A stretch of 64,000 nucleotides of DNA from Camelus dromedarius. Taxonomy: Eukaryota. A model generated the notes under the pieces. That model was given only the letters and a program-made list of their open reading frames with translations. It was not told the origin of the DNA and ran no database searches. Below are positions 37,100 to 49,849 of this stretch, one piece after another (position 1 is the stretch's first letter; the number at the start of each line of letters is the position of its first letter). The stretch spans positions 43,092,001 to 43,156,000 of the forward strand of contig NC_087447.1 of assembly GCF_036321535.1 (NCBI RefSeq), read 5' to 3'. Made by a program: the position numbers and the translations under genes.

Positions 37100-37320
37100 A
37101 GTCACATTTAATGGCATCTTTCATTTCATTTAGAGCTTGATTTGTTTACAAACTAATAAATATGATTTATAAAATGTGCCCATGGTTTGCTAATTACTGC
37201 ACATATGGCGCTTTCATTTTGTAAAACTGGCATTTGCATTCTTTGTAGATTATGACTTTGCGTCCCCAGTGCTAATTAGTCTGATTAGGCAGATAACTTC
37301 CCCGTTACTAGGCCGAGTGG
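37100..37320. promoter_or_regulatory. Candidate conserved non-coding element (enhancer)
   Basis: TGTTTAC (37143-37149), TGATTTAT (37163-37170), TAATTA twice, CATATG, and ATTTGCAT (37232-37239) next to CTTTGT (37241-37246). Confidence 0.6.
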
Positions 37321-37923
37321 CCGAAGGTGGCATCATTGGGGCAGAAGGGGCTTGTTGCTATGGTCAGCCGTGCAGGGAGGAACCAGGGAGGCCCCAGGAC
37401 TTTGCTGAGGACCCTGGAATGTCAAGCAGCCCCATTTTGTGTCCTTCCCCAAATCCAATTAAGCACAGTTCGTTAGCACGAATTTCTTAATCAGGCCTAA
37501 TCTTCCCACTGAATGCACAATTTCTGAATTGCCACAGAGCTGGGTCAGCCTGCAAGCAATCAAGAGGCTGGCAGGGCCTTTGGTAGGAGAGTGAAGGGAT
37601 GGCAGGTTGCTGGACCCTTCCCAGTGGCCAGTGAGAAGGACATACAGTGCTGGGCTTGTCGACAACCAAGACATTGGGTGGCCAAAAGGGATCCCAGGCC
37701 ACTAGGCCAACTTACGAGACTTAGCCAGGAGGTCTCCCAAGTGGTCTAGTCCACAGGATACATCCTCGGGCCCTGGGACATGCTTGGAGACTATGCTTCT
37801 GGGTCCACTGGAGATGGTTGGAAGGCTGAGCACTGGGATCCAACATCTTGGGAACAGGTCCCAGCAGAGGGACTTGCCTTTGACTGGGCCTAGGTCAGGA
37901 GCACAGGCAGCTAAGTCTGGGGA

Positions 37924-38129
37924 TGTGGACCTCTCTGGGACCCTGGGATGCATCACACCTGAAGTTATTGTAAAATAAAAAGGAGGCGAAGAGAAAGGAC
38001 CCTACAAGTGACTGGTGTTGGATCTCTGTGGACCTCTCTGGGACCCTGGGATGCATCACACCTGAAGTTATTGTAAAATAAAAAGGAGGCGAAGAGAAAG
38101 GACCCTACAAGTGACTGGTGTTGGATCTC
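37924..38129. repeat. Perfect 103-bp tandem duplication
   Basis: 37924-38026 is identical to 38027-38129. Confidence 0.97.
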
Positions 38130-41100
38130 TTACCAACATTGGTGAGCTTGGGGCTGGCACCAGGTTTAATTTGTGTTAGAAAAATAAGAAAATGTGCCAT
38201 TGCTCACATCCCGAGCATCACAGAGCAATTTGTACCTGCTCATTACCTCCAAAGGAGATGATACCCCTGAAGTATTTAGTATAAGGAGCGGCACACACCT
38301 TTGGAGGGCTCCTCCCAGAGATATATTTAAACACCATTTAGGGAAGGGCCCCCTACTGAGGCATGTGCAATGGAGGAATTACAATGGATATTCTGTGGAA
38401 TCAGAGTTGGTGAACTCCAGGATGAGGCCAGGCAAAGGCTTGCTAGACACTCTATGGTACTCAACAGGGTAAGTCCTGGGCCCCAGTCCCCATCCATAGC
38501 CTCACCCTTTGTTCCCCCAAACAAATGTTTGGAAAGAACTTAGTCCTACATTGTCCAACCTCTTTCCTCCCCGGGAACATGTGGCTGGCTTTTTCCATCT
38601 GTTGTGGCTCAGGAGGCTGGGTACGTGACATCCCTGTGCTCCCCTAGCTCCCTGTACATTTCCCGTCACCGTTCTTAACACACTAGGTTGCAATGACTAT
38701 TTGCCTGTCTGTCTTGTCACAGATCGACGGGTAACCTGAGGGCAGAACTGTGGCTGCCTTAGTCTCTGCTGCAGCTGCAGTGTAGCTGAGCCCATTGGGT
38801 GGATGGAAGGATGGATGCACAGATGGATAGATTTCCGTGGTTCCAGAAACCATCTCCTCCTGCATAGATAGGGCTATCTCCCTGCTTGGCACTGGGGCTT
38901 GAAGGGGCCAGTGCAGGAGAGGGATGTTTGGGGGGGATTGGGGGGTCCTGGCAGCAGCATTCACTTGGCCTACTGCTTTTTCTCTTTGGCCAGGATTGAG
39001 TGGGAGGCCTCACAGATTCAGGGAGGGAAGAATTAGGGACCCATGATCACATGGGCCCAGGTCGGCCTTCCTCATGGAGCCAGGAACCTGGAAAGAGCCT
39101 CAGACTCCCACTTGGAGGTCTGAGAAGTTCTAAGGGGAGAGTCCTGAACTTGGAAGACGAGTACTTCAGATCTGGTCCTGCTTGAACTTAGAAGGGTCAC
39201 TTCTCCTGTCTGAGCTTCCATTTTCTCCTTTGAACAACAGAGATCAAGTAGCCTTCCAGGCATCCTCCCTGAACAATATGATGATTTAAAGAGTCAGCAG
39301 CAGACAGGGAGGGACCTGCGAGCGCTTAAGGGCTTGTGGCGGTGTTGGCATGAACGTGTGTATGCGCGTGGGGGGGAGGGAAGTGAGCATGGATCGGCCC
39401 AGGTGAGGCCATTCCTGCGATGACCTTCAGGAGAGCAGCACTTGGCTCTGAGGAGTTTCCTCAGAACTCAGAACTCAGAGGGGCGGGCCTGAGCACCCCC
39501 CACCACTGCCATCTCCCAGTTCGACGTGAGGCACAGTAAGAGGATTGCCTTGGCCCAGCCATTTGAATTTCATAACCAGCATCCTGGTGTAGGGATGGGA
39601 TTCTTTCTCTTTCTTCAAAACTCTTAATGCATTCTGCTTTAAAAATTGTTTTGAAGTAATAAAGGGATTTTCACAGGCAACAAACGAGTCTCTGGACAGA
39701 CTTAATCTGAGGCCAAAAGCCAGAGACGGGGATTTACCTCTCATAATGACTCCTTTCAAGTGAGACAAAGTGGAAGCCCGACTTCCACTCCTGAAGGAGA
39801 CCCATGGAGGGGCAGGAGAGAGCACCCCAGAAACCCCTGCTCCAGGCCCAGAAGCCTTGCTTATGAGCAAACCCAGCCTAGCAGCTCCACTCCAACCAGC
39901 TGCTGGCTGCCACCTTGGCTGTGGACTGACTGCCTCAGCCTCCCTCAGGGGTCTGATCTGTCCTGACCATGGCTGCAGGGCCACCGTCAAGGCTGGGGAG
40001 GGACACCGAAGCTGAAAAGCACAGGGCAGGTGTTACAGGGCAGGGCAGAGGACCAGAAACCCCAGCTCCCCAAGCCCAGCTCCAATCTGCTCTCCAGGCT
40101 CCAGACCTGCACATGCAACCACCTGGACACCTCCTCTTGGAGGCTCCACATGTGTCTCTGATTCACTGCATCTGCAATAGACTCATCACCAGCTTCTAGG
40201 TCTGCGCCCCGCCCTGTGCTCCTCACCACCAGGATGGCATCAGCCCCTTCCTGACCAGGGCACAGAGACGGCTGGCATCCAGGAAGGGAGTGGGATAGTG
40301 GGTGCTCACTCCCCAGAGACTCTCCAGCATCAGAAAGGGGCCAACAGGTATACTTAACCTGGTCAGAAGTCACCCCCCTCCCCCAGCCGGGGACCAGGCT
40401 GATGGGCACTTTCACTGCAGGAAGTTCTAAGGAATAGTGGATGAAGGGTCCACAGACGACCCTATGGGATCCAACTTGTCTCTGTCCTTCCCTTTCTCTT
40501 CAAGGCCTTCCCAGAGGGACCGAAACTGAGTCTTTCATGATTTTGGTGCACATCACTTTGTGCATCCACTTAGATTACGTCTAGTGGCCTTGGGTAATAA
40601 TGCACACTCTGCACAAGCATCCTTTACTTACTATACTCACCACACATGTGCACAGGTGCCCACACAACAGCCCCCCAAACATGTGTGGACGTCCAGGCAC
40701 ACACGTAGCTGAACAACTGTACTTCCATATACACACAAAGGTAAACCCTCATATACTTTTTGGCCCAGGATATAAAGGCATTATACAGGCCAGTCAGTGG
40801 ATGATCCTCTCAGATTTCTAGGTAAAACCCTGAAATGAAAGGAAAAAGAAAAAAGAAATTGATGGTACCTGTCTCATGAACTGAGACCACAGCTCCAGAG
40901 GCCTCATGTGGGTCAGGGGCACATGCAGCACTAGGGCTTGGTCAAAGCTACTGAAACTGGAGGCAGAAGGTCTCCCTGCCCAGATGTGCATTGAGGGCAT
41001 CCTCTGTGTCTTGGGTCATTTCTCAGGCCTTTGGGACAGCAATTATGTTGTGGGAAAAGGACTCCCTAGGTTGGAACTGGGTGCTGTTTCTAAGACTCGT

Positions 41101-41409
41101 CTTGTAGGATTTGTGAACTTGAGCAAGTCACTTAACTTCTCTGGGCACAGTTTCCCCATCGGTCAGGTAGGACTAATGACGCCTGCCTGTCTAACTCCAG
41201 GAGGACATGAATCAATGACAGTGAAAGTTCTTCAAAGTCACAGAGGCTTGTATATATCTGAGGGGTTATTAATATGTTCTTCTGCCTCCAAAGCTGGCCT
41301 TCTCCAAGGAGACGATGCAATGTTTTTGAACATGGAGCGAATTCCTAAACTCTGCCCTCCCCCTCTCCACTATTTCTGCCTTGGGTTGTCAAAAATGGTA
41401 ATCTTCTCT

Positions 41410-41740
41410 CAGGCCTGAAATTATGAGCCTGCTTTATTGGTCAAAGGCCATAATAATTTGAGCTCTTATTTTATAAACTCATTTCTGCACAGTGATATCC
41501 TGATAGGAGCAGGAATAATAAATCACAAACATGTCCCCCAAGATTGCATTGTAAATGTCAAACTAGACAGGAAATTGTAATTAAAGAAAGGAAATTGCTA
41601 CAAAGAAGCACTTGATTTTAAAATGAGCCAAGCATAGAATTTTCTAAGCATTTAATTATAGTCCAATTTCAACTGACTTGGCTTTTGCAGTCATATTTCT
41701 TATTATAACTCTTCTACATAATAACCCAATCTCTCTGCTC
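41410..41740. promoter_or_regulatory. Candidate conserved non-coding element
   Basis: Repeat-free AT-rich island with ATAAATCA (41518-41525), TTTATTGG, TTTTATAA, TAATTA twice, CATTGT and TGTCAAA. Confidence 0.5.
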
Positions 41741-42984
41741 ACGTAGGTCCGGCCCGTCAGAGGGTAAGGATGCTGCACAAGCACAGGGATTAGGAACTTT
41801 ATAGGGACGGTAATCACGGTGGAGGCTGGGGTGATGGACACAGGTGTGGAGATTTTAAATCAACCACAGTTGAATTTCCAGCCAACAAGGGAGCCACCTA
41901 ACACCTGTGCGGAAGCAGATTTAGCCTGACTTCCGCTCAGTGAGAAATCCACGCAGACGTTTGCTTCTGTCAGGAGAGGAGAGGCCTAGTCTCCCGTGTT
42001 CTGCTCCTCAGATCTTCCAACATGCATGGGGACGGCCCCCACCCAACACCTGCCTACCAGCTACACTTTACCCAGGTAGCACCTGGGGCCGGGCACAGTG
42101 ACATCTGCACTTGGGTGCCGGGATGGGGCCGGCAGGGAGGTGGGTTGTTTGCATTTTCAACCAGGTGTTCAGCGTCCAGAGGCTCTCAGAGTGGGAGGGC
42201 AGAGTGGCTGGGAGTGTAGGAAGTAGTGCCAAACAAGCTTGGGTGAAAACTCTAACCCTGCCACTGACTCCAAGTTGGCCTCAGTCGCATAACCTCATTA
42301 GCCTTACCGTGCTCACTTGTAAAATGGGCATAATGAGAGTCTCCATCTTGTCTGGTACATGGTTAACAATCACAAATGGGAGTCATTCTGCTGGTTATTA
42401 GGGCCTGAGTCTGTTGCACCAAAGAGGAAGATGGGGGAATTGGTGGGCTATCTTGATTGATGTGGGCAGCTCAGCAAGATGGGGCTGAGCTAGTGCAATT
42501 AGTGGTGGATGTAGGAAGTGGGGGTGGTGAGGGATGACCAGGTGCCCTTTGTGGTGACCCCATATGGTGAGGAATGGCCAAACCACATCAAGAAGTCTTC
42601 ACTGGCCCAGGAATGATCCCCACAGTAACATGCCCACTAGATCATCTTATCTCTCCATCAAGTTTATAGGACCCAGAAACTAGTTCAACTCCCGGTCCAT
42701 GGAGGCTGCTGCTCTCAGGCGGGATTCCTCATTTTCCCCTGCAGGCTTAGTGTCTCCCACAGGAGGGGGCAGGAAGACTCAGAATCAGTAGATCATTCTT
42801 TCTTGACCCTTCCTCTCTCTTCAGACAACTTAGCTAGGTTGTGGGCAGCAGAGTAGTGAAGTCTGACATGAGTAGAACAGGGCTTGACCCCCAGAAAGAC
42901 CCAAAGACTACTGTCTCAGCGGAAATATTGCCCAAGGAGGTACTGTGAATGGGGGTCCAGAGGGTCCGCTAATCTGGTTGGGCT

Positions 42985-43095
42985 ATTTTGAGTTGCACAA
43001 GCTCCAGGAAGTGCTCTTTAAATAGACTACAATATGAATGCCCCCCTCCTTTAAATTGTGCAGTGTACAACTTCTACAACTGAACATGGTGAACT
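42985..43095. mobile_element. MER91-like hAT-Tip100 MITE
   Basis: 'gttgcacaagctcc...tagactacaatatgaatg...ttgtgcagtgtacaacttctacaactg'. Confidence 0.6.
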
Positions 43096-43661
43096 TAGAC
43101 TCTGGGCCCAAACTGGAGCTAGAATGGTAGGGAGGTGAGGGTCAGGTTGGAGAGAGGTCCAGAACAGCTTGAAGATTTCGACTTAAAATAGAGTAAAGAG
43201 TCAAAGGTCCTGGGGATTAGAGCAGAAACCAGAGGAGTAAAGCCCCAGAGAACTGCAAAGTCAGGTTTAGAACCACAAGCTGCTGATGAATCCTCTCCCC
43301 TGGGTAATTATGCTCTATGGGTTTTGTCTCATCCCAATCCCCCAGGCAGCGGGGGGGGGGGGCATGGTTTCTCACAGCAGGTGTTGAGTCAGGCACGAGT
43401 CTGCTCTCCAGCAGATTATTCCCATCCCCGTCTGTGATGAGTCAAATGCAGGGATCACACCATAGAGGACAGAGAGTGTCATCAGTGACATAGGACCAAC
43501 TTCCTGGGCTGTGGACATCTGGGAGGACTGGCTCAAGGCTTCCTGGCAGAAATGCCAGGTAGTCACAGAGAGAGCACTTGGGAGTTTTAGAGGCACCATG
43601 GAGGGAAAGACATTCCAGGGAGATGGAACAACCCAGACAAAAGTACAGAGTTGTGAAGTTA

Positions 43662-44200
43662 CTTTCATTCAAAAAATATTGTGATCCCCATGTGCCAGGC
43701 ACCGTTTTGGACACTAGGGATACTGCAATGAACAAAACACAAAAATCCTCATCCTCATGAAGTTTCCATTCTAGTGGGAAGAGAAAGGTAACAAATGTTG
43801 CAATAAAAAGATTGTATAATACGTCAGAAAGCGATACTAAGGGCTACATAGAAAAATAAAGCAGGGAAGGGAAATAGAGTGTAAGGAGGAGTCGCAATTT
43901 TAGACAGAGGGCTCAGAGACCTCCTGAAAGGTGATTTTTAAGCCAAGACATGAAAGATGTGGAGGAGCAGAGCAAGCAGATACACAGAGATCATTGCATA
44001 CAGAAGGAAGGAAGAGGAAGTGCAAAGGCCCTGAGGTCTGGCCTGTTCAAGGAATAGCCATGAGGGCACTATGCAGTGAGGAGGGGACAGAGACATAAGG
44101 AGGACCAGGTTGCATAGGGCCTTGTAGGTGACTAAAGGACTTAGGATCAGGGTCTTACTGACTACATCATTGAGAACAGACTCAAAGGGTCACAGGGGCA
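43662..44200 (-). mobile_element. L2 3' fragment (L2a-like)
   Basis: 'ttcattcaaaaaatattg...tgtgccaggcaccgttttggacactagggatactgcaatgaacaaaac...aagtgcaaaggccctgagg'. Confidence 0.85.
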
Positions 44201-44209
44201 GAAGTGGAT

Positions 44210-44395
44210 GCTGTCTGGATACAAATCTTGGCTTGGCCACCTTCTAGTTGCGTAACAAGAGGGAAATTACTTAACCTCTCTGGACCTCAGTTTCTCAAAT
44301 GTCCCCAGGAATTCATCATAGTGTCAACTTCATAGGATTGTTACAAAGTTTAAAATAGTAAATTCACCTAAAATGCTTAAAGCAGTACATGGCTG
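44210..44395 (+). mobile_element. MIR SINE
   Basis: 'aaattacttaacctctctggacctcagtttc...acttcataggattgtt'. Confidence 0.8.
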
Positions 44396-45704
44396 GTGAC
44401 TGCTGTTTCAAAGAGGAGAGAGACAGGTTGGATCTCCATGGTGAAAGCCATCTCTCACTGCCCCTTCCAGACCGGCTGCACTGCCCAGGACATGCCCCAC
44501 TTCCTTCTGCAGGCCCCTCCACTCCAGCCTGGCCCCCTGTCAGCTCCCCAGGAGGTTCTTGCCAGCGACTCAGGGCTGCCTCCTGGAGGCCACAGGGCCG
44601 CGACTTACTTGCATGCCTCAGGGAATAGTTCTCTGGCCAGTACAGCCTGCTGCGGGCGAGCTCCACCTCTATAAGGCGTCCACGGTGGCTGCACGTTGGA
44701 GGGAGTGCGCCCCCCGCCCCCAGGGCCTCTGCCTGGCACCGTCAGGGCCCATTTGTGAAGGAGGCACATGTGTACTCGGGACTATGACTTTGTGCCCCAG
44801 ACCTTGTAACCCTTTGGTCAGGGAGACCCGAAAGTCTTCTCTGAAAATGGTTCTTTAGGAAAGGACCCCAAACTCCCCAGCGAAGATGACATTTTAATGG
44901 GGGAATTTTAGGTGCTCTGGAGGTGGCCAGGCCAACCAGCCAAGGCAGCTGGCCCAGCCTGCCCTCGGGGCACCCTGCCGCGGCTCACCCTGGTGGAGAG
45001 AGAGAGTCCTCCAGCTGTCAGGTTATACCGTGGTCACACCAAGGCTCCATCTCATTCTGGCTGAGACAGTAGACCACATCCAAAGTCTCCTCCTGGCCTC
45101 CAAGACCCCCTACCATCCCTGCCACTGCCAATGGAGAAGTCTGTGGCCTGGCCATCCCCACCTGCTCCTCCTGACCCCCTAGGCCTACTTCCCTGTCCTG
45201 CTCACTTCACTGCCACCTTCCCAGCCAACTCCTGTGCCCCCTCTTCCAGGGAGCAAGGTGGCCTTGACCTCCTTGGCCCCTGTTTGATTCTCCCTCTTCT
45301 GTTCTCCTGGAGCCACTGCCCAGACATCACGGAGGGCCCCTGAGGGCTGAGAGAGCCTCGGGCTCCACAACTCAGCCCTGCCTGCCTCAAGGCTTACGTG
45401 AGGCTTCCTCTAGACCATGAGCCCTCCAGGAATAAGGACCACCTGCTGTTTCCTTCTTGGTGTCCCCCGGGACCCAGCACTGTGAGAGCACAAGGCAAGC
45501 GCCTGATCCACATCCACCTACAGGAAAAGGGGACAATTATTCCCCTGTAGCCTCAAGCCCAGAGCCAGGACTGGACAAGGAGCCAACCTGGCAGGGGCTT
45601 CAGGCAGCCTAAGCTGATGAAAGAGGATTCAGGCAGTCCAGTGGAAGCCCCTCATGGTGGACAAATAGGACCTCCAGCAAGAAGCCCCAAGCCACGTCTG
45701 AGGG

Positions 45705-45990
45705 AAAAGCAATGTCCATTAAGTCCATTAACTTTAACACTGAAATCAATGTTGCAGCCACCAGAAGTAATTAGCATAATTCACATTTCAGATCAGGAGA
45801 TTTTTTTGAAAACCAAGTTTAATTACGTTGAAAAATGACAACTTCATTTTCCCTCCCTGGATAGGTTCCCTTGATGTTCCCCACACTTTCATTAAAAAGA
45901 GGACTGGTCACAGTTTTTTTTTTTTTTCCTTAATGCCATTAAGCAAAAGCAGTACTTTGGCTATTTTAGAGCTAATAAATCAGTATGGAT
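45705..45990. promoter_or_regulatory. Candidate conserved non-coding element
   Basis: TAATTAGCATAATT (homeodomain plus POU, ATTAGCAT at 45770-45777), TTAATTAC, AAATCAAT, ATAAATCA and several CATTAA. Confidence 0.45.
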
Positions 45991-46724
45991 GCCCACAACA
46001 CAGTTCCCCTCCTTGTATCAGGACAGAGCCTGAGGTTTTCAGCCTAAAAGAACCCAGCTGGGGCTCTTGGGCAGCCAGAGTGGCTCTAAGAGCTCATCAA
46101 ACCCATTTTACAGATGAGTAAACTGAGGACCAGCCAAAGGAGGAGACTCGTTCCAGGTCACCTTCTCTGGCCCCATGCTAGCTGCAAGGGGTACAGAGTG
46201 GCCTCTATCATCAAGGTGTAGCGGAGAGATGCAGGTTGTGATGGGGTCAGCACAGACTAGCTTGGGGAATCAGGAAAAGTGGGGGTGACATCAGATCTGA
46301 GTCTTGAAGGATCTAGGACTTGGTTGGGGGAAAAAGAGAAGGCTGCCATTCCAGATGGGGAAGAAGGTGACACCAAGGCCAGGCAGTGTGCAGGAGATGT
46401 GGGAGTGTATCTGGGCTTGGGTAGAGGGTCCCCATCCAGGCTCTCGTAGGAAATGAGGTCTGAGGATGCCATATCTCATCTCACTGATTTCCCAGATGGG
46501 AGGCCCTCACATCCACATGAGGATATCAGGCTTCCCAATAAATTAAAGATGGCAGCCTGGAGGCCACCCTATCCCCAACTCATCCCACCCCATCAACACC
46601 CCATGCCCCGTTCCCACGCTCCCCCATTTCCTGCAGCCCCCCAGTGCCAACCCTATACACTTTACCCCATCTTTTCATTCCTACCCTCAGATCTTCCCAC
46701 CCCCATCTTAGCCTGACCATTCTT

Positions 46725-46870
46725 TGTTTTTAAACTTTTACTCTTTATTCAATTAATTAACTAAAAATTCAATTCCTTTGCTATATAACGCTTCCACACT
46801 TATTCCAACTCTGTGGAGCTTGTGAGATCTACATATTTTTCACTAGTATGAACATTTTAATCTTACCATG
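46725..46870 (-). pseudogene. Short unidentified retroposed insert (polyadenylated RNA 3' end or orphan transduction)
   Basis: Perfect 15-bp direct repeat agcctgaccattctt at 46710-46724 and 46871-46885. On the minus strand, AATAAA (46749-46744) is followed by an A-rich end. Confidence 0.7.
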
Positions 46871-47654
46871 AGCCTGACCATTCTTATTTTCAGCTTTCCT
46901 CAACTCAAGCTTTGTCTTTGTAGCCTCTGGCCCCTCCGGCAGATACATCTCCCCTACCCTTGACTTGATCCCATGTGTTTGTTTAAGAGGCTGCCATGGT
47001 GCTAATTGCTGTGTTTATTCCTGCTCGCCAAATGTGCTCCGTTTTGCAGGCATTTGCTTGAGTGGCTTTGGATGTCTGGTCTTGCTTGTTTTTCTTTTGG
47101 GGAGCAGGGAAGGAGAAGCATCACTCAGCTCTGCCTTTCTGGGACCAGCCAGAACTAGGACGAGGGCCTGTCCCCTTTACCCCTTCTCTCCGGGAAAGGG
47201 CCCCAGACTGAGAATCAGCTTGCTGGGTCAGGAGAGTTTAGGTTTGCTGCTGGGGCGGGGGCTGGGGCAGCATTCTCCCCGTGGAATCATGTCTCTGTTT
47301 TCCCAGCGACCCCCATGACCAGAAAAGCAAGCATTAGCTCATTGGTTGTGCAGTCTGGCCTGGCCTGTTCTCTAAGTAAAGGAACAACCTAGATGAGAAT
47401 GTTGTGCTTCGCTGGATCTCAGAAGATGAGGCAATAAATGGGAGGCATCCCAGCCTCCAGAGATCCCCACGAGGGCTGCTCAGCCCGGCAGGCCCCCACT
47501 CCCATCACCCGCTTCCTGTACCAGGCTGCTCCATTGTGCGGGCTTGCAGGCCTGGGTGGGGGCGGGAGGGTCGTGCCTGCCAGGGTCCTCGCATCACAGC
47601 CCTTTACTGAAAGGCCCCACCCCCCTCCCCTGGGCCCCACCAGCCAGGCCAGGG

Positions 47655-48070
47655 TCAATGGGATTAAAGGCTCAATTCACGCCAGTCAGTTCTCTGGTAA
47701 CACGATTTCATTAGAGGCAGGCAGGGAAGAGAATGGACGGAAACAGCTGGTGTATAAATTATAAAGTCTACTTTGTACTGAGCGCGCACACCTTTCCCCA
47801 GCCACATGACTAATTAATGTGGCGGGGAGTGGACTTGAAGTCAGATTGCCTTTCCCCCTCTCTCCTGGGGCTTGGTTAACAACAGGTCCCTGCAAAGCTG
47901 GGAGAAGGGAAGATTATGCAAAGCTATCATCATATGAAAATAGCGTATTAACATACTGCCTGTGAGCTGTGTCCAATCAGTTCCCTCCCAGTGGCGTGTG
48001 TACGAAACAATTAGAATGGCATTTCTACCACGCTTCTTTAATACAGTTTGGCATTAATATAATCAAGGAG
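47655..48070. promoter_or_regulatory. Candidate conserved non-coding element
   Basis: Repeat-free. Contains GGATTA, CAGCTG, CTTTGT, TAATTAAT, TTATGCAAA, CATATG, CCAATCA and AACAAT, with retained CpGs. Confidence 0.5.
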
Positions 48071-48379
48071 TTGGGGCCTAGACATCTTGCAGGCACGGTT
48101 TTCTGTAACACCCCTGGGATGTTGGAGGGGGGTGTTGATGGGATCCTGGGGTGGGGGCAGGGGTGGGACGCGGCTGCGCTCCTCTGGACCAGAACCTCAG
48201 GCACAGTTCTCTGTAGAGATGCCCTGCCTCTGTCAGCCACCACAACCTCTGTCTGCCTGGGAGCAAAGGCTTCCTTCCCCCTGGGCAAGGGACTGCAGGC
48301 CCCCATGGTTCCCCTACTAGCAACAGCAAGAATCTATAGGGTTAGAGAGATCCTTTAGAAACATTGAACATTATGTCTT

Positions 48380-48895
48380 TGAATCCTTTACTGAAACCCT
48401 CTCAAACACTTCCCATTTCACTTCAAATAAAATGCAAACTCCTTACCAGAGTGTGATCTAGCCCCTGCCTACCTCTCTAGCTCACCTGCCTAGCTGTCCC
48501 CTCCTGTGCCTCCTTCAGCCACTCCAGCCTTCTTTCTATTCCTTGCACACACTGAGATCTTCCCTGCCTCAGGGCCTTTGTGCCTGCTGTTCCCTCTGCC
48601 CAGTGCGATTTTGCTTCTTGTCTTGCAGGTCTCAGCTCCTCGGAGAGGCCGACCCCGATCGATTGATCCAAATCAGCTCGACTTCAGTCACTCTTTGTTT
48701 TGTTTCCTTCATAGGTCTTGGTCCTGATCTCAGATTGTCCTGTTTGTGGATTTGGTGCCTGCTGATCTGCTGATTCCCACTGGAACACAAGCTCCTGAGG
48801 GTAGGGACCTTGTCTGGATTCCCAGCACCTGTGGTAATGGGCACATACAAGGTAATTGACAGCTATTGTTCGGATGAGTGAGCTAGTGAATGAGT
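48380..48895 (+). mobile_element. L2 3' fragment
   Basis: 'cctgcctcagggcctttgtgcctgctgttccctctgcc...cacaagctcctgagggtagggaccttgtctg'. Confidence 0.85.
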
Positions 48896-49234
48896 GACTC
48901 AATCCTAGCATCCTGAGGCTCTAGGGGAGCCAGTAAGACCTGGTGGGGATCCTGGCTCTGCTGCCATTTCCCCACGTGGCCTTGGGCAACCTGGCTCCCT
49001 CTCTCATTCGCCAAGCTTTTGCTCAGTACCTGCTGGTTGCCTAATCCTGAAGAACTCGGAGAAGCAGGCACCAGTTGTGGTTCCTACTCTGAGGGACTCA
49101 AAGCCTAATTGAGAAACAAGTCTCCATATGAGAAGAGAAGACCAGCTCTCTAAGTCAGGACTTGAACACAGGGGTGTGGGGTGGTGGAAAGGTGGCAGTG
49201 GAGGGTCTGGGGTCTGGAGTCAGGTTGTGCGACC

Positions 49235-49322
49235 TCAAACCTCTCTGGACCTCATTTTCCTCATCTGGAAGGCGGGCCAGCTATCAAACCTCTCTGGACC
49301 TCATTTTCCTCATCTGGAAGGC
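49235..49322. repeat. 39-bp direct duplication inside a MIR, with a 10-bp spacer
   Basis: tcaaacctctctggacctcattttcctcatctggaaggc at 49235-49273 and 49284-49322. Confidence 0.93.
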
Positions 49323-49849
49323 AGATCACAGTCAAAGTTAGCCCTGGAGCTTACTGAGGCCCATTTTAGAGACAGGCAAACTGAGGCTCTGAGTGGGACA
49401 AAGTCTTGCCCAGAATCACAAGGTGAGTCAGTGGTAAATTCAAGACCAGTGCCCAAACCAGGGGCTGTTCATTTCAGTGGGATGCCAGGCCCCTGCTCCC
49501 ATCTGCCATTAGCCACCTGAACCATTCCACATTCTCCAGGGACCCAACTGACACCCAGCCCTTACATCTGCAGCTCACAGAAAGAACTGAGAGCCCAGAG
49601 CATGTGCCTCCTCCCCTCAAAGCAGGTTGGGACCATATCTGAGTGAAGGCATCTCTAGGCCAGGAGCCCCTTGGGCCCAGCCACAAGGCATCTGGAAAGT
49701 GGCCTGCTGCCACTCCCTAGATTTTGTACGAACAAAGCTTTGTGTCTGTTGGAAAGACCCAGCACAAACAAGCCCGGCTCAGACCCTGTCTGCCTTCTCT
49801 TACTCCGACACCCCTGGGAGTTCACCTCACTGAACTCTGGTGTCCATTT

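Noticed and set aside
37924..38129. CRISPR-like or other repeat-spacer array
   Set aside because: Only two contiguous copies with no spacers, in a mammalian context.
38194..38475. Possible exon ending at a GTAAGT donor
   Set aside because: No clear acceptor and no recognisable peptide in any frame; isolated donor matches are common.
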